Assembly (NCBI GenBank): GCA_964016885.1
Contig: OZ024747.1
Coordinates: forward strand, 70,928,001 to 70,992,000
DNA from: Eledone cirrhosa
Lineage: Eukaryota
Direction of reading: 5' to 3'
Length of the DNA stretch: 64,000 nucleotides
The first letter of the stretch is position 1. Every line of letters begins with the position of its first letter. The notes under the pieces were generated by a model. That model saw nothing but the letters and a program-made list of their open reading frames with translations, ran no database searches and was not told the origin of the DNA. The translations under genes were made by a program, and so were the position numbers. This document shows positions 1 to 11,975 of this stretch, piece after piece.

Positions 1-36
1 AACGGCTTGAGGTCAGCTGTCGGGGTCTTACTGGTT

Positions 37-40
<4 letters not shown>
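1..40 (+). mobile_element. Short 3' terminus of non-coding PLE-like family D, cut by the window edge
   Basis: AACGGCTTGAGGTCAGCTGTCGGGGTCTTACTGGTTCCTA+(TA)n matches the arms of the element at 49140-49339. Confidence 0.7.
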
Positions 41-86
<46 letters not shown>

Positions 87-150
87 TAAAAGATTAAAGT
101 TTAAGCAAAGAATCGCTGCTTTCACCCTTAACGGGCTCTTCTGAAACACA

Positions 151-726
151 GTGGTTAAGGATTTCGAAGTTGATGTCATCCTCAATGCCCGTAAGTCAGT
201 GATTAATTTAGACGACTCTATTTGGATTAAAATATCTAATAGTACCCCATTCGACGTGAGTATGGGCACCAGCGATTCTCCGGAGGTTACTGATCTTATC
301 GGCCTGTTCCTTCTTTTCTCTATCAAGGAAGAATTCCCCAACGTAGGCGGTGGTTTGTACCGTGATTATGGTCTTTTGACCATGACTAAGTGCGGCCCAC
401 ATGCTTGCGACAGATTCAGAAAAGAACTCACAGCCTTCTTTAAAGGCTTCAACCTCTCCATACAGGTTGAGGCCAACCTCTCGGTCGTTAATTAACTGGA
501 CGTTACCCTCAACTTATCGAATGGCTTGCATTACCCGTATAGAAATCAGAATGATACGCTTAATTACATAAGTAAGCATTCTAACCATCCTGCCATCATA
601 ACCAAGAACCTGGTAAGAAACGTTTCATTAAGGCTTTCCCGTCTATCTACTAACGAGCATATTTTCAACGACCATTCCACATATTACAATGAACTCTTGC
701 TCGGAGTGGATTTGTCGATAAGGTAG
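151..726 (+). pseudogene. PLE reverse transcriptase C-terminal fragment (disrupted)
   Basis: FDVSMG..SPEVTDLIGLFLL and GLYRDYGL (YRDD with D>Y), then YISKHSNHP..I thumb-region motif after an in-frame stop at 493-495. Confidence 0.85.
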
Positions 727-800
727 CATATGCAGAGTACGAATATAGACCTAGAAGAAATAGATCCAGACGCATTATATGGTATAACCCACCATATAAT

Positions 801-1451
801 ATGGAGGTGGTAAGACCATTAGCTAAGATCTTTCTCTCCCTTATTATGAAGCATTTTCCCCTTACACATAAATATAGTAAAATTTTTAATAGAAATACTA
901 TTAGAATTTCTTACTCTACGACTCCTAACCTTGCACATAACATCACAGCTTCAAATTTAGCTAAACTACCTAGCTGTAGGAACACGTGCAACACTGTAGT
1001 TAGTACTAAATGTAATTATAGGAATCGGGTTGACTGCCCCCTATCCGGGAAATGCCTCTCTAGTAACATTGTCTACAAATGTAAGGTTGAAACACCCACG
1101 TCCCGTAGGGCCTACATAGGGTTAACCGCCAATAGATTCAAGCAGCGTCTTTACATGCATACCCATTCTTTTCGTTACCCTTTAAGAAGGAATATAACGT
1201 CACTTTCAGCTTATATCTGGAGTCTAAAAGACAACCACACCCAATATAAGTTACACTGGGAGATCCTTGCTAGGGCTACATCGTATAACGGAAATAAAAG
1301 ACCATGTGACCTCTGCGCTGCTGAGGCCCTAGAAATACTCTACGCCAAAGACCACATCTTAAACAAAAAATCTGAGGCAATTTCGGCTTGTAAACATAAC
1401 TTTCACAAAACTTTCCTGTATTACAGCCCCACATTATACCCTAACGGATAG
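801..1451 (+). CDS. PLE linker and GIY-YIG endonuclease domain, part of a disrupted polyprotein
   Basis: KIFNRNTIRISYS, CPLSGKCL, NIVYKC...AYIGLTANRFKQRLYMH, CDLC..E. Confidence 0.85.
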   Translation: MEVVRPLAKIFLSLIMKHFPLTHKYSKIFNRNTIRISYSTTPNLAHNITASNLAKLPSCRNTCNTVVSTKCNYRNRVDCPLSGKCLSSNIVYKCKVETPTSRRAYIGLTANRFKQRLYMHTHSFRYPLRRNITSLSAYIWSLKDNHTQYKLHWEILARATSYNGNKRPCDLCAAEALEILYAKDHILNKKSEAISACKHNFHKTFLYYSPTLYPNG

Positions 1452-2140
1452 TACGAACTATACGCGGATATTTTACGTCTTGATGTGGTAGCTAAGTATA
1501 TGTTATGTTTATACCATTACTTATTTGTATAGGTAAGTATATATTACCTGTATGTTTTGTGAAGATACGTATACTTTCACGTACGTATATTTGATTGTAT
1601 ATGTTATGGCGTATATATTATATTATATATTCTGGTACATATGCTAGTTATGTGCACACGTGCGTTTTGCGTCTGTGTGAGCATGCGGGTGCGTACGTAT
1701 GTAGGGTGTGTGTATATGTGTACTTTGTGTTTTGGTTGACGTTCGTCTCCGGACATATGTGTATTTACATGTAGGTATGTGTGTGCGCTCGTTATATACG
1801 TATTTATTTATTTATATACGTTTATTTAATTATATGTATACACGCACACACACACACACATATATATATATATTTTTTTAAATATATATTGTTATGTGTA
1901 TTTGGTGTATACATTCGTATGCGTGCGGGTACAGGCGTTGCGTCGGTTCTGTATGTGCGTGCGATTTTCTTTTTTTTGTGTGTACGTGCGGGTATTTGTA
2001 TACGAGTGTTATCGCGTATGATTGTGTATGTACGTACATGGATGCGTGAATGTATTTATTTAATTTCAATTACCTCTGTATTTTATTTACTTTATTCGTA
2101 ACTCTGAAGCCGAGAATCATTCGGTTTCCTAGTTAGAATT

Positions 2141-2411
2141 TTAGTCTACCACTTCAGTTATACCATTTACGTGGTTTTGGTTTTGCGTGCAATTGTTCTC
2201 TCAGATCCACTTATAACGTATTATCTTCGTCTTTTCCGTTCATTGCCAGAGAACGTCTCTATGAACCACTTAATAGAATATTAGTCTACGACTTCTTTTA
2301 TACCATAAACGTGGTTTTGTCTTTGCGTGTAATTGTTTTTCACCGCTCCAAATAATGACGTATTATATTCGTTTTTTTTTCGTTCTTTACCAGGGAACGT
2401 TTCCACGAACC
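2141..2411 (+). repeat. Two diverged ~140-bp direct repeats in the family A 3' UTR
   Basis: TTAGTCTAC..CGTGGTTTTG..CGTATTAT..GAACCA begins at 2141 and again at 2281. Confidence 0.75.
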
Positions 2412-2474
2412 AAAGTATCGTCTTCCTGTCTTCCACCCGTTGTAAGGTTTTCTGAAATATTCACTTCTGCGTTC

Positions 2475-2550
2475 ACAGATTGACTTTGTTAGTTTCAGAA
2501 GATCCCGTTAAGGGTGAAAGCAGCGATTCTTTGCTTAAACTTTAATCTGT
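2475..2550 (+). ncRNA. Variant type I hammerhead ribozyme of PLE family A
   Basis: Stem I ACAGATTGA..AGTTT / AAACT.TAATCTGT; core CAGAAGA (U4A); stem II CCC-GTTAA-GGG; GAAA; stem III AGCA/TGCT; predicted CUU site at 2536. Confidence 0.6.
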
Positions 2551-2659
2551 TATTTTAATAAATATTTGCCCTACGGTTCTTATATATTTGATATATATTT
2601 ATCCTTATCGAGCCCTCTTTGGACTTTAGTCTTCAAATTTAATATTATTACTATATATA

Positions 2660-2701
<42 letters not shown>

Positions 2702-2705
<4 letters not shown>

Positions 2706-2798
2706 AACCTACTGGTTCCTATTACCCACTCTACTACCCTAAGTATTGAGTACTTTGGTGCGTTATGGTCCACCTGATTCATTACCACATTTCCTTCG

Positions 2799-2800
<2 letters not shown>
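2702..2800 (+). mobile_element. Family D two-ended mini-insertion
   Basis: Inverted TAGGAAC followed by CTACTGGTTCCTATTACCCAC...TTTCCTTCGTT, matching 49248-49339; between (TA)n tracts. Confidence 0.75.
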
Positions 2801-2865
<65 letters not shown>

Positions 2866-2905
2866 ATATATTATATATATATATATATATTATATATATA
2901 TATAA

Positions 2906-4540
2906 GAGTATAGACATAGAATATTCGAAAATATTCTGTATGTTTATAATAAACATTTTGAAGACCTAATCGCTATAGAATAGAATACGTCACGTATTAC
3001 AATTAGATTCTCGATAAAAGCAAGGGAAGTAATCTACGCGTTTCATTCTTGTTAGAATTCATCAGGACTACATATCCAGTGCTTTTATCGAGAATGACAC
3101 AGCTAGAGACTTATAGAATACTTAGCTGTGTACTGGAACTGGTTTGAAAGAGCGGTTGCCGGTCCGGCAGAAATTAGAAATTGGAATAAATGCTCTGAAA
3201 TAGCGATATATATGTGAGTATAGACATAGAATATTCGAAAATATTCTGTATGTTTATAATAAACATTTTGAAGACCTAATCGCTATAGAATAGAATACGT
3301 CACGTATTACAATTAGATTCTCGATAAAAGCAAGGGAAGTAATCTACGCGTTTCATTCTTGTTAGAATTCATCAGGACTACATATCCAGTGCTTTTATCG
3401 AGAATGACACAGCTAGAGACTTATAGAATACTTAGCTGTGTACTGGAACTGGTTTGAAAGAGCGGTTGCCGGTCCGGCAGAAATTAGAAATTGGAATAAA
3501 TGCTCTGAAATAGCGATATATATGTGAGTATAGACATAGAATATTCGAAAATATTCTGTATGTTTATAATAAACATTTTGAAGACCTAATCGCTATAGAA
3601 TAGAATACGTCACGTATTACAATTAGATTCTCGATAAAAGCAAGGGAAATAATCTACGCGTTTCATTCTTGTTAGAATTCATCAGGACTACATATCCAGT
3701 GCTTTTATCGAGAATGACACAGCTAGAGACTTATAGAATACTTAGCTGTGTACTGGAACTGGTTTGAAAGAGCGGTTGCCGGTCCGGCAGAAATTAGAAA
3801 TTAGAATAAATGCTCTGAAATAGCGATATATATGTGAGTATAGACATAGAATATTCGAAAATATTCTGTATGTTTATAATAAACATTTTGAAGACCTAAT
3901 CGCTATAGAATAGAATACGTCACGTATTACAATTAGATTCTCGATAAAAGCAAGGGAAGTAATCTACGCGTTTCATTCTTGTTAGAATTCATCAGGACTA
4001 CATATCCAGTGCTTTTATCGAGAATGACACAGCTAGAGACTTATAGAATACTTAGCTGTGTACTGGAACTGGTTTGAAAGAGCGGTTGCCGGTCCGGCAG
4101 AAATTAGAAATTGGAATAAATGCTCTGAAATAGCGATATATATGTGAGTATAGACATAGAATATTCGAAAATATTCTGTATGTTTATAATAAACATTTTG
4201 AAGACCTAATCGCTATAGAATAGAATACGTCACGTATTACAATTAGATTCTCGATAAAAGCAAGGGAAGTAATCTACGCGTTTCATTCTTGTTAGAATTC
4301 ATCAGGACTACATATCCAGTGCTTTTATCGAGAATGACACAGCTAGAGACTTATAGAATACTTAGCTGTGTACTGGAACTGGTTTGAAAGAGCGGTTGCC
4401 GGTCCGGCAGAAATTAGAAATTGGAATAAATGCTCTGAAATAGCGATATATATGTGAGTATAGACATAGAATATTCGAAAATATTCTGTATGTTTATAAT
4501 AAACATTTTGAAGACCTAATCGCTATAGAATAGAATACGT
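2906..4540 (-). repeat. 310-bp hammerhead tandem array (retrozyme), minus-strand arm, ~5.3 units
   Basis: TAGACATAGA recurs at 2911, 3221, 3531, 3841, 4151, 4461; ATCAGG core complement at 3061, 3371, 3681, 3991, 4301. Confidence 0.95.
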
Positions 4541-7500
4541 CCTGATGAATTCTAACAAGAATGAAACGCGTAGATTACTTCCCTTGCTTTTATCGAGAAT
4601 CTAATTGTAATACGTGACGTATTCTATTCTATAGCGATTAGGTCTTCAAAATGTTTATTATAAACATACAGAATATTTTCGAATATTCTATGTCTATACT
4701 CACATATATATCGCTATTTCAGAGCATTTATTCCAATTTCTAATTTCTGCCGGACCGGCAACCGCTCTTTCAAACCAGTTCCAGTACACAGCTAAGTATT
4801 CTATAAGTCTCTAGCTGTGTCATTCTCGATAAAAGCACTGGATATGTAGTCCTGATGAATTCTAACAAGAATGAAACGCGTAGATTACTTCCCTTGCTTT
4901 TATCGAGAATCTAATTGTAATACGTGACGTATTCTATTCTATAGCGATTAGGTCTTCAAAATGTTTATTATAAACATACAGAATATTTTCGAATATTCTA
5001 TGTCTATACTCACATATATATCGCTATTTCAGAGCATTTATTCCAATTTCTAATTTCTGCCGGACCGGCAACCGCTCTTTCAAACCAGTTCCAGTACACA
5101 GCTAAGTATTCTATAAGTCTCTAGCTGTGTCATTCTCGATAAAAGCACTGGATATGTAGTCCTGATGAATTCTAACAAGAATGAAACGCGTAGATTACTT
5201 CCCTTGCTTTTATCGAGAATCTAATTGTAATACGTGACGTATTCTATTCTATAGCGATTAGGTCTTCAAAATGTTTATTATAAACATACAGAATATTTTC
5301 GAATATTCTATGTCTATACTCACATATATATCGCTATTTCAGAGCATTTATTCCAATTTCTAATTTCTGCCGGACCGGCAACCGCTCTTTCAAACCAGTT
5401 CCAGTACACAGCTAAGTATTCTATAAGTCTCTAGCTGTGTCATTCTCGATAAAAGCACTGGATATGTAGTCCTGATGAATTCTAACAAGAATGAAACGCG
5501 TAGATTACTTCCCTTGCTTTTATCGAGAATCTAATTGTAATACGTGACGTATTCTATTCTATAGCGATTAGGTCTTCAAAATGTTTATTATAAACATACA
5601 GAATATTTTCGAATATTCTATGTCTATACTCACATATATATCGCTATTTCAGAGCATTTATTCCAATTTCTAATTTCTGCCGGACCGGCAACCGCTCTTT
5701 CAAACCAGTTCCAGTACACAGCTAAGTATTCTATAAGTCTCTAGCTGTGTCATTCTCGATAAAAGCACTGGATATGTAGTCCTGATGAATTCTAACAAGA
5801 ATGAAACGCGTAGATTACTTCCCTTGCTTTTATCGAGAATCTAATTGTAATACGTGACGTATTCTATTCTATAGCGATTAGGTCTTCAAAATGTTTATTA
5901 TAAACATACAGAATATTTTCGAATATTCTATGTCTATACTCACATATATATCGCTATTTCAGAGCATTTATTCCAATTTCTAATTTCTGCCGGACCGGCA
6001 ACCGCTCTTTCAAACCAGTTCCAGTACACAGCTAAGTATTCTATAAGTCTCTAGCTGTGTCATTCTCGATAAAAGCACTGGATATGTAGTCCTGATGAAT
6101 TCTAACAAGAATGAAACGCGTAGATTACTTCCCTTGCTTTTATCGAGAATCTAATTGTAATACGTGACGTATTCTATTCTATAGCGATTAGGTCTTCAAA
6201 ATGTTTATTATAAACATACAGAATATTTTCGAATATTCTATGTCTATACTCACATATATATCGCTATTTCAGAGCATTTATTCCAATTTCTAATTTCTGC
6301 CGGACCGGCAACCGCTCTTTCAAACCAGTTCCAGTACACAGCTAAGTATTCTATAAGTCTCTAGCTGTGTCATTCTCGATAAAAGCACTGGATATGTAGT
6401 CCTGATGAATTCTAACAAGAATGAAACGCGTAGATTACTTCCCTTGCTTTTATCGAGAATCTAATTGTAATACGTGACGTATTCTATTCTATAGCGATTA
6501 GGTCTTCAAAATGTTTATTATAAACATACAGAATATTTTCGAATATTCTATGTCTATACTCACATATATATCGCTATTTCAGAGCATTTATTCCAATTTC
6601 TAATTTCTGCCGGACCGGCAACCGCTCTTTCAAACCAGTTCCAGTACACAGCTAAGTATTCTATAAGTCTCTAGCTGTGTCATTCTCGATAAAAGCACTG
6701 GATATGTAGTCCTGATGAATTCTAACAAGAATGAAACGCGTAGATTACTTCCCTTGCTTTTATCGAGAATCTAATTGTAATACGTGACGTATTCTATTCT
6801 ATAGCGATTAGGTCTTCAAAATGTTTATTATAAACATACAGAATATTTTCGAATATTCTATGTCTATACTCACATATATATCGCTATTTCAGAGCATTTA
6901 TTCCAATTTCTAATTTCTGCCGGACCGGCAACCGCTCTTTCAAACCAGTTCCAGTACACAGCTAAGTATTCTATAAGTCTCTAGCTGTGTCATTCTCGAT
7001 AAAAGCACTGGATATGTAGTCCTGATGAATTCTAACAAGAATGAAACGCGTAGATTACTTCCCTTGCTTTTATCGAGAATCTAATTGTAATACGTGACGT
7101 ATTCTATTCTATAGCGATTAGGTCTTCAAAATGTTTATTATAAACATACAGAATATTTTCGAATATTCTATGTCTATACTCACATATATATCGCTATTTC
7201 AGAGCATTTATTCCAATTTCTAATTTCTGCCGGACCGGCAACCGCTCTTTCAAACCAGTTCCAGTACACAGCTAAGTATTCTATAAGTCTCTAGCTGTGT
7301 CATTCTCGATAAAAGCACTGGATATGTAGTCCTGATGAATTCTAACAAGAATGAAACGCGTAGATTACTTCCCTTGCTTTTATCGAGAATCTAATTGTAA
7401 TACGTGACGTATTCTATTCTATAGCGATTAGGTCTTCAAAATGTTTATTATAAACATACAGAATATTTTCGAATATTCTATGTCTATACTCACATATATA

Positions 7501-8766
7501 TCGCTATTTCAGAGCATTTATTCCAATTTCTAATTTCTGCCGGACCGGCAACCGCTCTTTCAAACCAGTTCCAGTACACAGCTAAGTATTCTATAAGTCT
7601 CTAGCTGTGTCATTCTCGATAAAAGCACTGGATATGTAGTCCTGATGAATTCTAACAAGAATGAAACGCGTAGATTACTTCCCTTGCTTTTATCGAGAAT
7701 CTAATTGTAATACGTGACGTATTCTATTCTATAGCGATTAGGTCTTCAAAATGTTTATTATAAACATACAGAATATTTTCGAATATTCTATGTCTATACT
7801 CACATATATATCGCTATTTCAGAGCATTTATTCCAATTTCTAATTTCTGCCGGACCGGCAACCGCTCTTTCAAACCAGTTCCAGTACACAGCTAAGTATT
7901 CTATAAGTCTCTAGCTGTGTCATTCTCGATAAAAGCACTGGATATGTAGTCCTGATGAATTCTAACAAGAATGAAACGCGTAGATTACTTCCCTTGCTTT
8001 TATCGAGAATCTAATTGTAATACGTGACGTATTCTATTCTATAGCGATTAGGTCTTCAAAATGTTTATTATAAACATACAGAATATTTTCGAATATTCTA
8101 TGTCTATACTCACATATATATCGCTATTTCAGAGCATTTATTCCAATTTCTAATTTCTGCCGGACCGGCAACCGCTCTTTCAAACCAGTTCCAGTACACA
8201 GCTAAGTATTCTATAAGTCTCTAGCTGTGTCATTCTCGATAAAAGCACTGGATATGTAGTCCTGATGAATTCTAACAAGAATGAAACGCGTAGATTACTT
8301 CCCTTGCTTTTATCGAGAATCTAATTGTAATACGTGACGTATTCTATTCTATAGCGATTAGGTCTTCAAAATGTTTATTATAAACATACAGAATATTTTC
8401 GAATATTCTATGTCTATACTCACATATATATCGCTATTTCAGAGCATTTATTCCAATTTCTAATTTCTGCCGGACCGGCAACCGCTCTTTCAAACCAGTT
8501 CCAGTACACAGCTAAGTATTCTATAAGTCTCTAGCTGTGTCATTCTCGATAAAAGCACTGGATATGTAGTCCTGATGAATTCTAACAAGAATGAAACGCG
8601 TAGATTACTTCCCTTGCTTTTATCGAGAATCTAATTGTAATACGTGACGTATTCTATTCTATAGCGATTAGGTCTTCAAAATGTTTATTATAAACATACA
8701 GAATATTTTCGAATATTCTATGTCTATACTCACATATATATCGCTATTTCAGAGCATTTATTCCAA
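4541..8766 (+). repeat. 310-bp hammerhead tandem array (retrozyme), plus-strand arm, ~13.6 units
   Basis: CCTGATGAATTC recurs every 310 bp from 4541 to 8571 (14 cores); ends ATTTATTCCAA+(TA)n. Confidence 0.95.
4846..4888 (+). ncRNA. Type I hammerhead ribozyme (representative unit, repeats every 310 bp)
   Basis: GTAGTC-CTGATGA-ATTC-TAACAA-GAAT-GAAA-CGCG-TA-GATTAC: stem I GTAGTC/GATTAC, stem II ATTC/GAAT, palindromic stem III ACGCGT, GUA site at 4882. Confidence 0.92.
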
Positions 8767-9426
8767 TATATATATAAATATATATATATGTATGTATGTA
8801 TATGTGTGTGTGTATGTATATATGCATTTGTTTGAGTGTTATCATATGTACTAAATATTAGCCTGCAACAGGAATAACAACAAAAAATTCATGCTGTTGT
8901 GGCTTCTGCTTTGCGTGCGATGTTATTATTTACCAACAACATTGTCCTAGTTAGTACTCATTTTCATGACCACCAAATAATATCATTATCATCGTATGCG
9001 TGTTTTGACGACGACTCTGATGACGACAGTGGTGAAATTGGGATGCTGTATTATGAAGAGTTTTTGAGAATGGTAATGTAGTGCTTGTAGTAATGGTGGG
9101 TTTGTTACTTGGGTAGATGTTGTTCTATAATTGCATTAAAACTTTTAAATATCTTCTAAAATGTATTTCTTTGTAGATGTTTCATGTTTAAATCTGTGTG
9201 TATGAATAGATGCAATGCAATGCACTCGATGCAATGCTTATCGATATCTGCGATGGGTATACATATATGTTTTATACGTGAGTATTGAATATTTCTATCA
9301 TGTGTAAGTGTGTCTTTCTTAAGACTACGTTACTGCTGTGGTGGGAATGTGGATTTTTATATGGCTACTGGTACACGTTTCATACATATGTTTATGTGCA
9401 TAAATAAGTGTTTAGTGTGGTATTCG

Positions 9427-9685
9427 TATGGATATGAATATAACACGACTATGTGTGGATATACGTAGATATTCATATATTTATGTATGCATGTATATGA
9501 TTAATATGGTTTTCTTATGGATGTGAATATAACACGATTATATATGTATATACGTAGATATGCACATTTGTAAGTATGCATGTATATGATTAATATGGTT
9601 TTCTTGTGGATGTGAATATACCACGATTATGTGTGGATATACGTAGATACGCACATTTGTAAGTATGCATGTATGTGATTATATG
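9427..9685 (+). repeat. ~89-bp minisatellite, about 3 diverged copies
   Basis: TGGAT(A/G)TGAATATA(A/C)CACGA recurs near 9429, 9518 and 9607. Confidence 0.8.
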
Positions 9686-11336
9686 CATATATGTGCATAT
9701 ACACCGTGCGACTCCATTCTACTGCTATTTTACTGAATGGGAAATAATTAACCAATTTCAAGTTAATTCCGTGTGGTGAAAAGAATATCAGCCAATGTCT
9801 AACAATGTCCAGGTTTAATATGATTTGTGCCGAGATGAAACCTTATTTAAAAGGAAGACCGACAAAATAAAGAACTCTTTCATCTTCAGAAATGTTTAAA
9901 AGAAAACATGAAAGAAAAAGCTAATTGTTTTTTTTTTCTTCCTACATTTTCATCATATCCATTCGCGCATATAACATATTCAATAAACACACAAACACAC
10001 ACATACATATGTATCATGTGTATATATACTTGCGTATGTATATGTGAATATATACATATGTATATATTTACACATCCATACATACGTACGTACATTCATA
10101 CATATATATATATATATACATACATACATTTATACATAGAAACATACATAAGTATGTACATATATGCATGTATAAGTCACATCTAATAACTGTACATATA
10201 TATCAGTAAAATTCACAATGAAGCCAACACACTCGCACATATCAATACATACAATGATGTATATATAACTTTGCAAACATCTGTAAATGTGAAAGATGGA
10301 TGCGTTTTTACTAAGATACATACACACGCATGAATACACGCGCTCACACAAAAGAAACACACAAACACATAACACATACATCCGTATTTGATAAGTACAG
10401 TCACATATTTGTATGTAGAAATACATGAGAAAGAGCATACAATCGTGTATGGATATGTGTCTCATTGTATTAATAAATTTATTTTAAATATATACAAATA
10501 CATGTCTACTTAACATCAATAATGTGTGTGTACGTACATATATATATATATATATATATACATAGACACACACACACATCGTATGCTAAGTTTGAACATC
10601 GAACTCATGAAGTGCCGAAAGAATATATAAAGTTCATAGAAAATGTAGTATGAGAAAGCACAGAAAATAACTCTCAAAATATAATGAACATATTCCGATT
10701 CTAATCTGCATTCCGCCAAGTGAGCAATCTGATCCGAAAGTTGAGAAGATACTTATCGTTTAAGACTCAGAGCTAGTCATTTACGAAACACGTGGTACAG
10801 ATTTTAAATTATGTATTAAGGATGTTTTTACTTCTCTATTATAATCTTTTGAAACAATAATTTTCCAACGTTTATCCACATTTCATGAGTCTATGGTTCC
10901 AACCATATTACTACTTTTCTTTGCTTTCTGTAGTTACAATGCGTAATTTATTTTTTGAAGTTTCCTGTGTAGATAAACGCGATATTGCGCGGTAAGCATA
11001 TCAAAATGTAGAAAAATATTACTTCATCAAATATTACTTCATCAAACGTGACAGTTTTCATCAGTTGATATACCTCCCTTCTAACAAAATAGGAAAGAAC
11101 AATTAATTAATGAAATATGAACAATTCTAAATAATAATAAAGGTAACAATGAACCGGTTTGAAAGTCTGAAATCTTTCCCGTCGTAACAGAACCCATCCG
11201 GCCGGTATTAATAATGGATTTGACCTTCTCTAATAGCACTCTCTTCACCTTTAACATCTGATAGACGCCACCATGTACATTTCTCTAACTGTATCTGCAC
11301 AAATCCATTCATCCTCCCACACACATTGCCCATGTA

Positions 11337-11370
<34 letters not shown>

Positions 11371-11774
11371 TTATGACTTGTTCACTTTACCCACACATTA
11401 GGGTATTACATCCTCCACTTCTCCACTGACTTCCAGAATAAACAGACATACGCTCGTTCACAAGATGCTCACACATACATGCCTACACACGCCCTATGCT
11501 CTCATACTTCACATATATCTTTTTGTTTACTTATCTAACTTTACCTCTCTGGATGCAAAACGTTATTCTTAACAATTACATTATATCCACTTCTATTATT
11601 TTTCACTTTAACTTCTTTTTTTTATCCTTTCTTGAGTAAAGAGCCCTACCGGAAACGTTGAATTCTGCTTTGATCCTTCCCCCATAGTCAAATTATATTA
11701 ACTGAACCCTTTTCATCGTTGTTCCTTTGTTGATTTTTTCACGGGACTTTAGTTAAATATTCCTCGTGAATTTG

Positions 11775-11975
11775 TAGAGTCGTTAGAGTGTCGGACAAAT
11801 GCGCTGCAGTATTTTCCGACTTCTTACGTTCTGGGTTCAAATCCCAGTAAGATAAGTCAACGTCACCTTTCACATTTCCAGGGTCGATAAAATACAGTAC
11901 TAGTCAAGTTCTGTGGGCGGATTAATCGGATTTCCTCGTCACCAAATGGTTGGCCTTGTGCCTAAAGTAGTGATC
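11775..11975 (+). mobile_element. tRNA-type SINE, family 1
   Basis: B-box GTTCAAATCC, CCTTT..GGGTCGATAAAATA.AGTAC, GGCCTTGTGCCTAAA shared with many copies in the window. Confidence 0.7.

Larger units (their letters stand above)
82..2652 (+). mobile_element. Penelope-like retroelement family A, 5'-truncated, with inverted terminal copy at 82-148
   Basis: RT and GIY-YIG remnants, long 3' UTR, hammerhead-like motif at 2475-2550; 82-148 is the reverse complement of ~2492-2558; (TA)n on both sides. Confidence 0.9.

Noticed and set aside
2906-8766. CRISPR array or ordinary centromeric satellite
   Set aside because: No unique spacers and a eukaryotic context; the ribozyme, defined ends and a dispersed copy favour a retrozyme
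11620-11670. Possible hammerhead (..GAGCCCTACCGGAAACGTTG)
   Set aside because: No CTGANGA core or convincing stems
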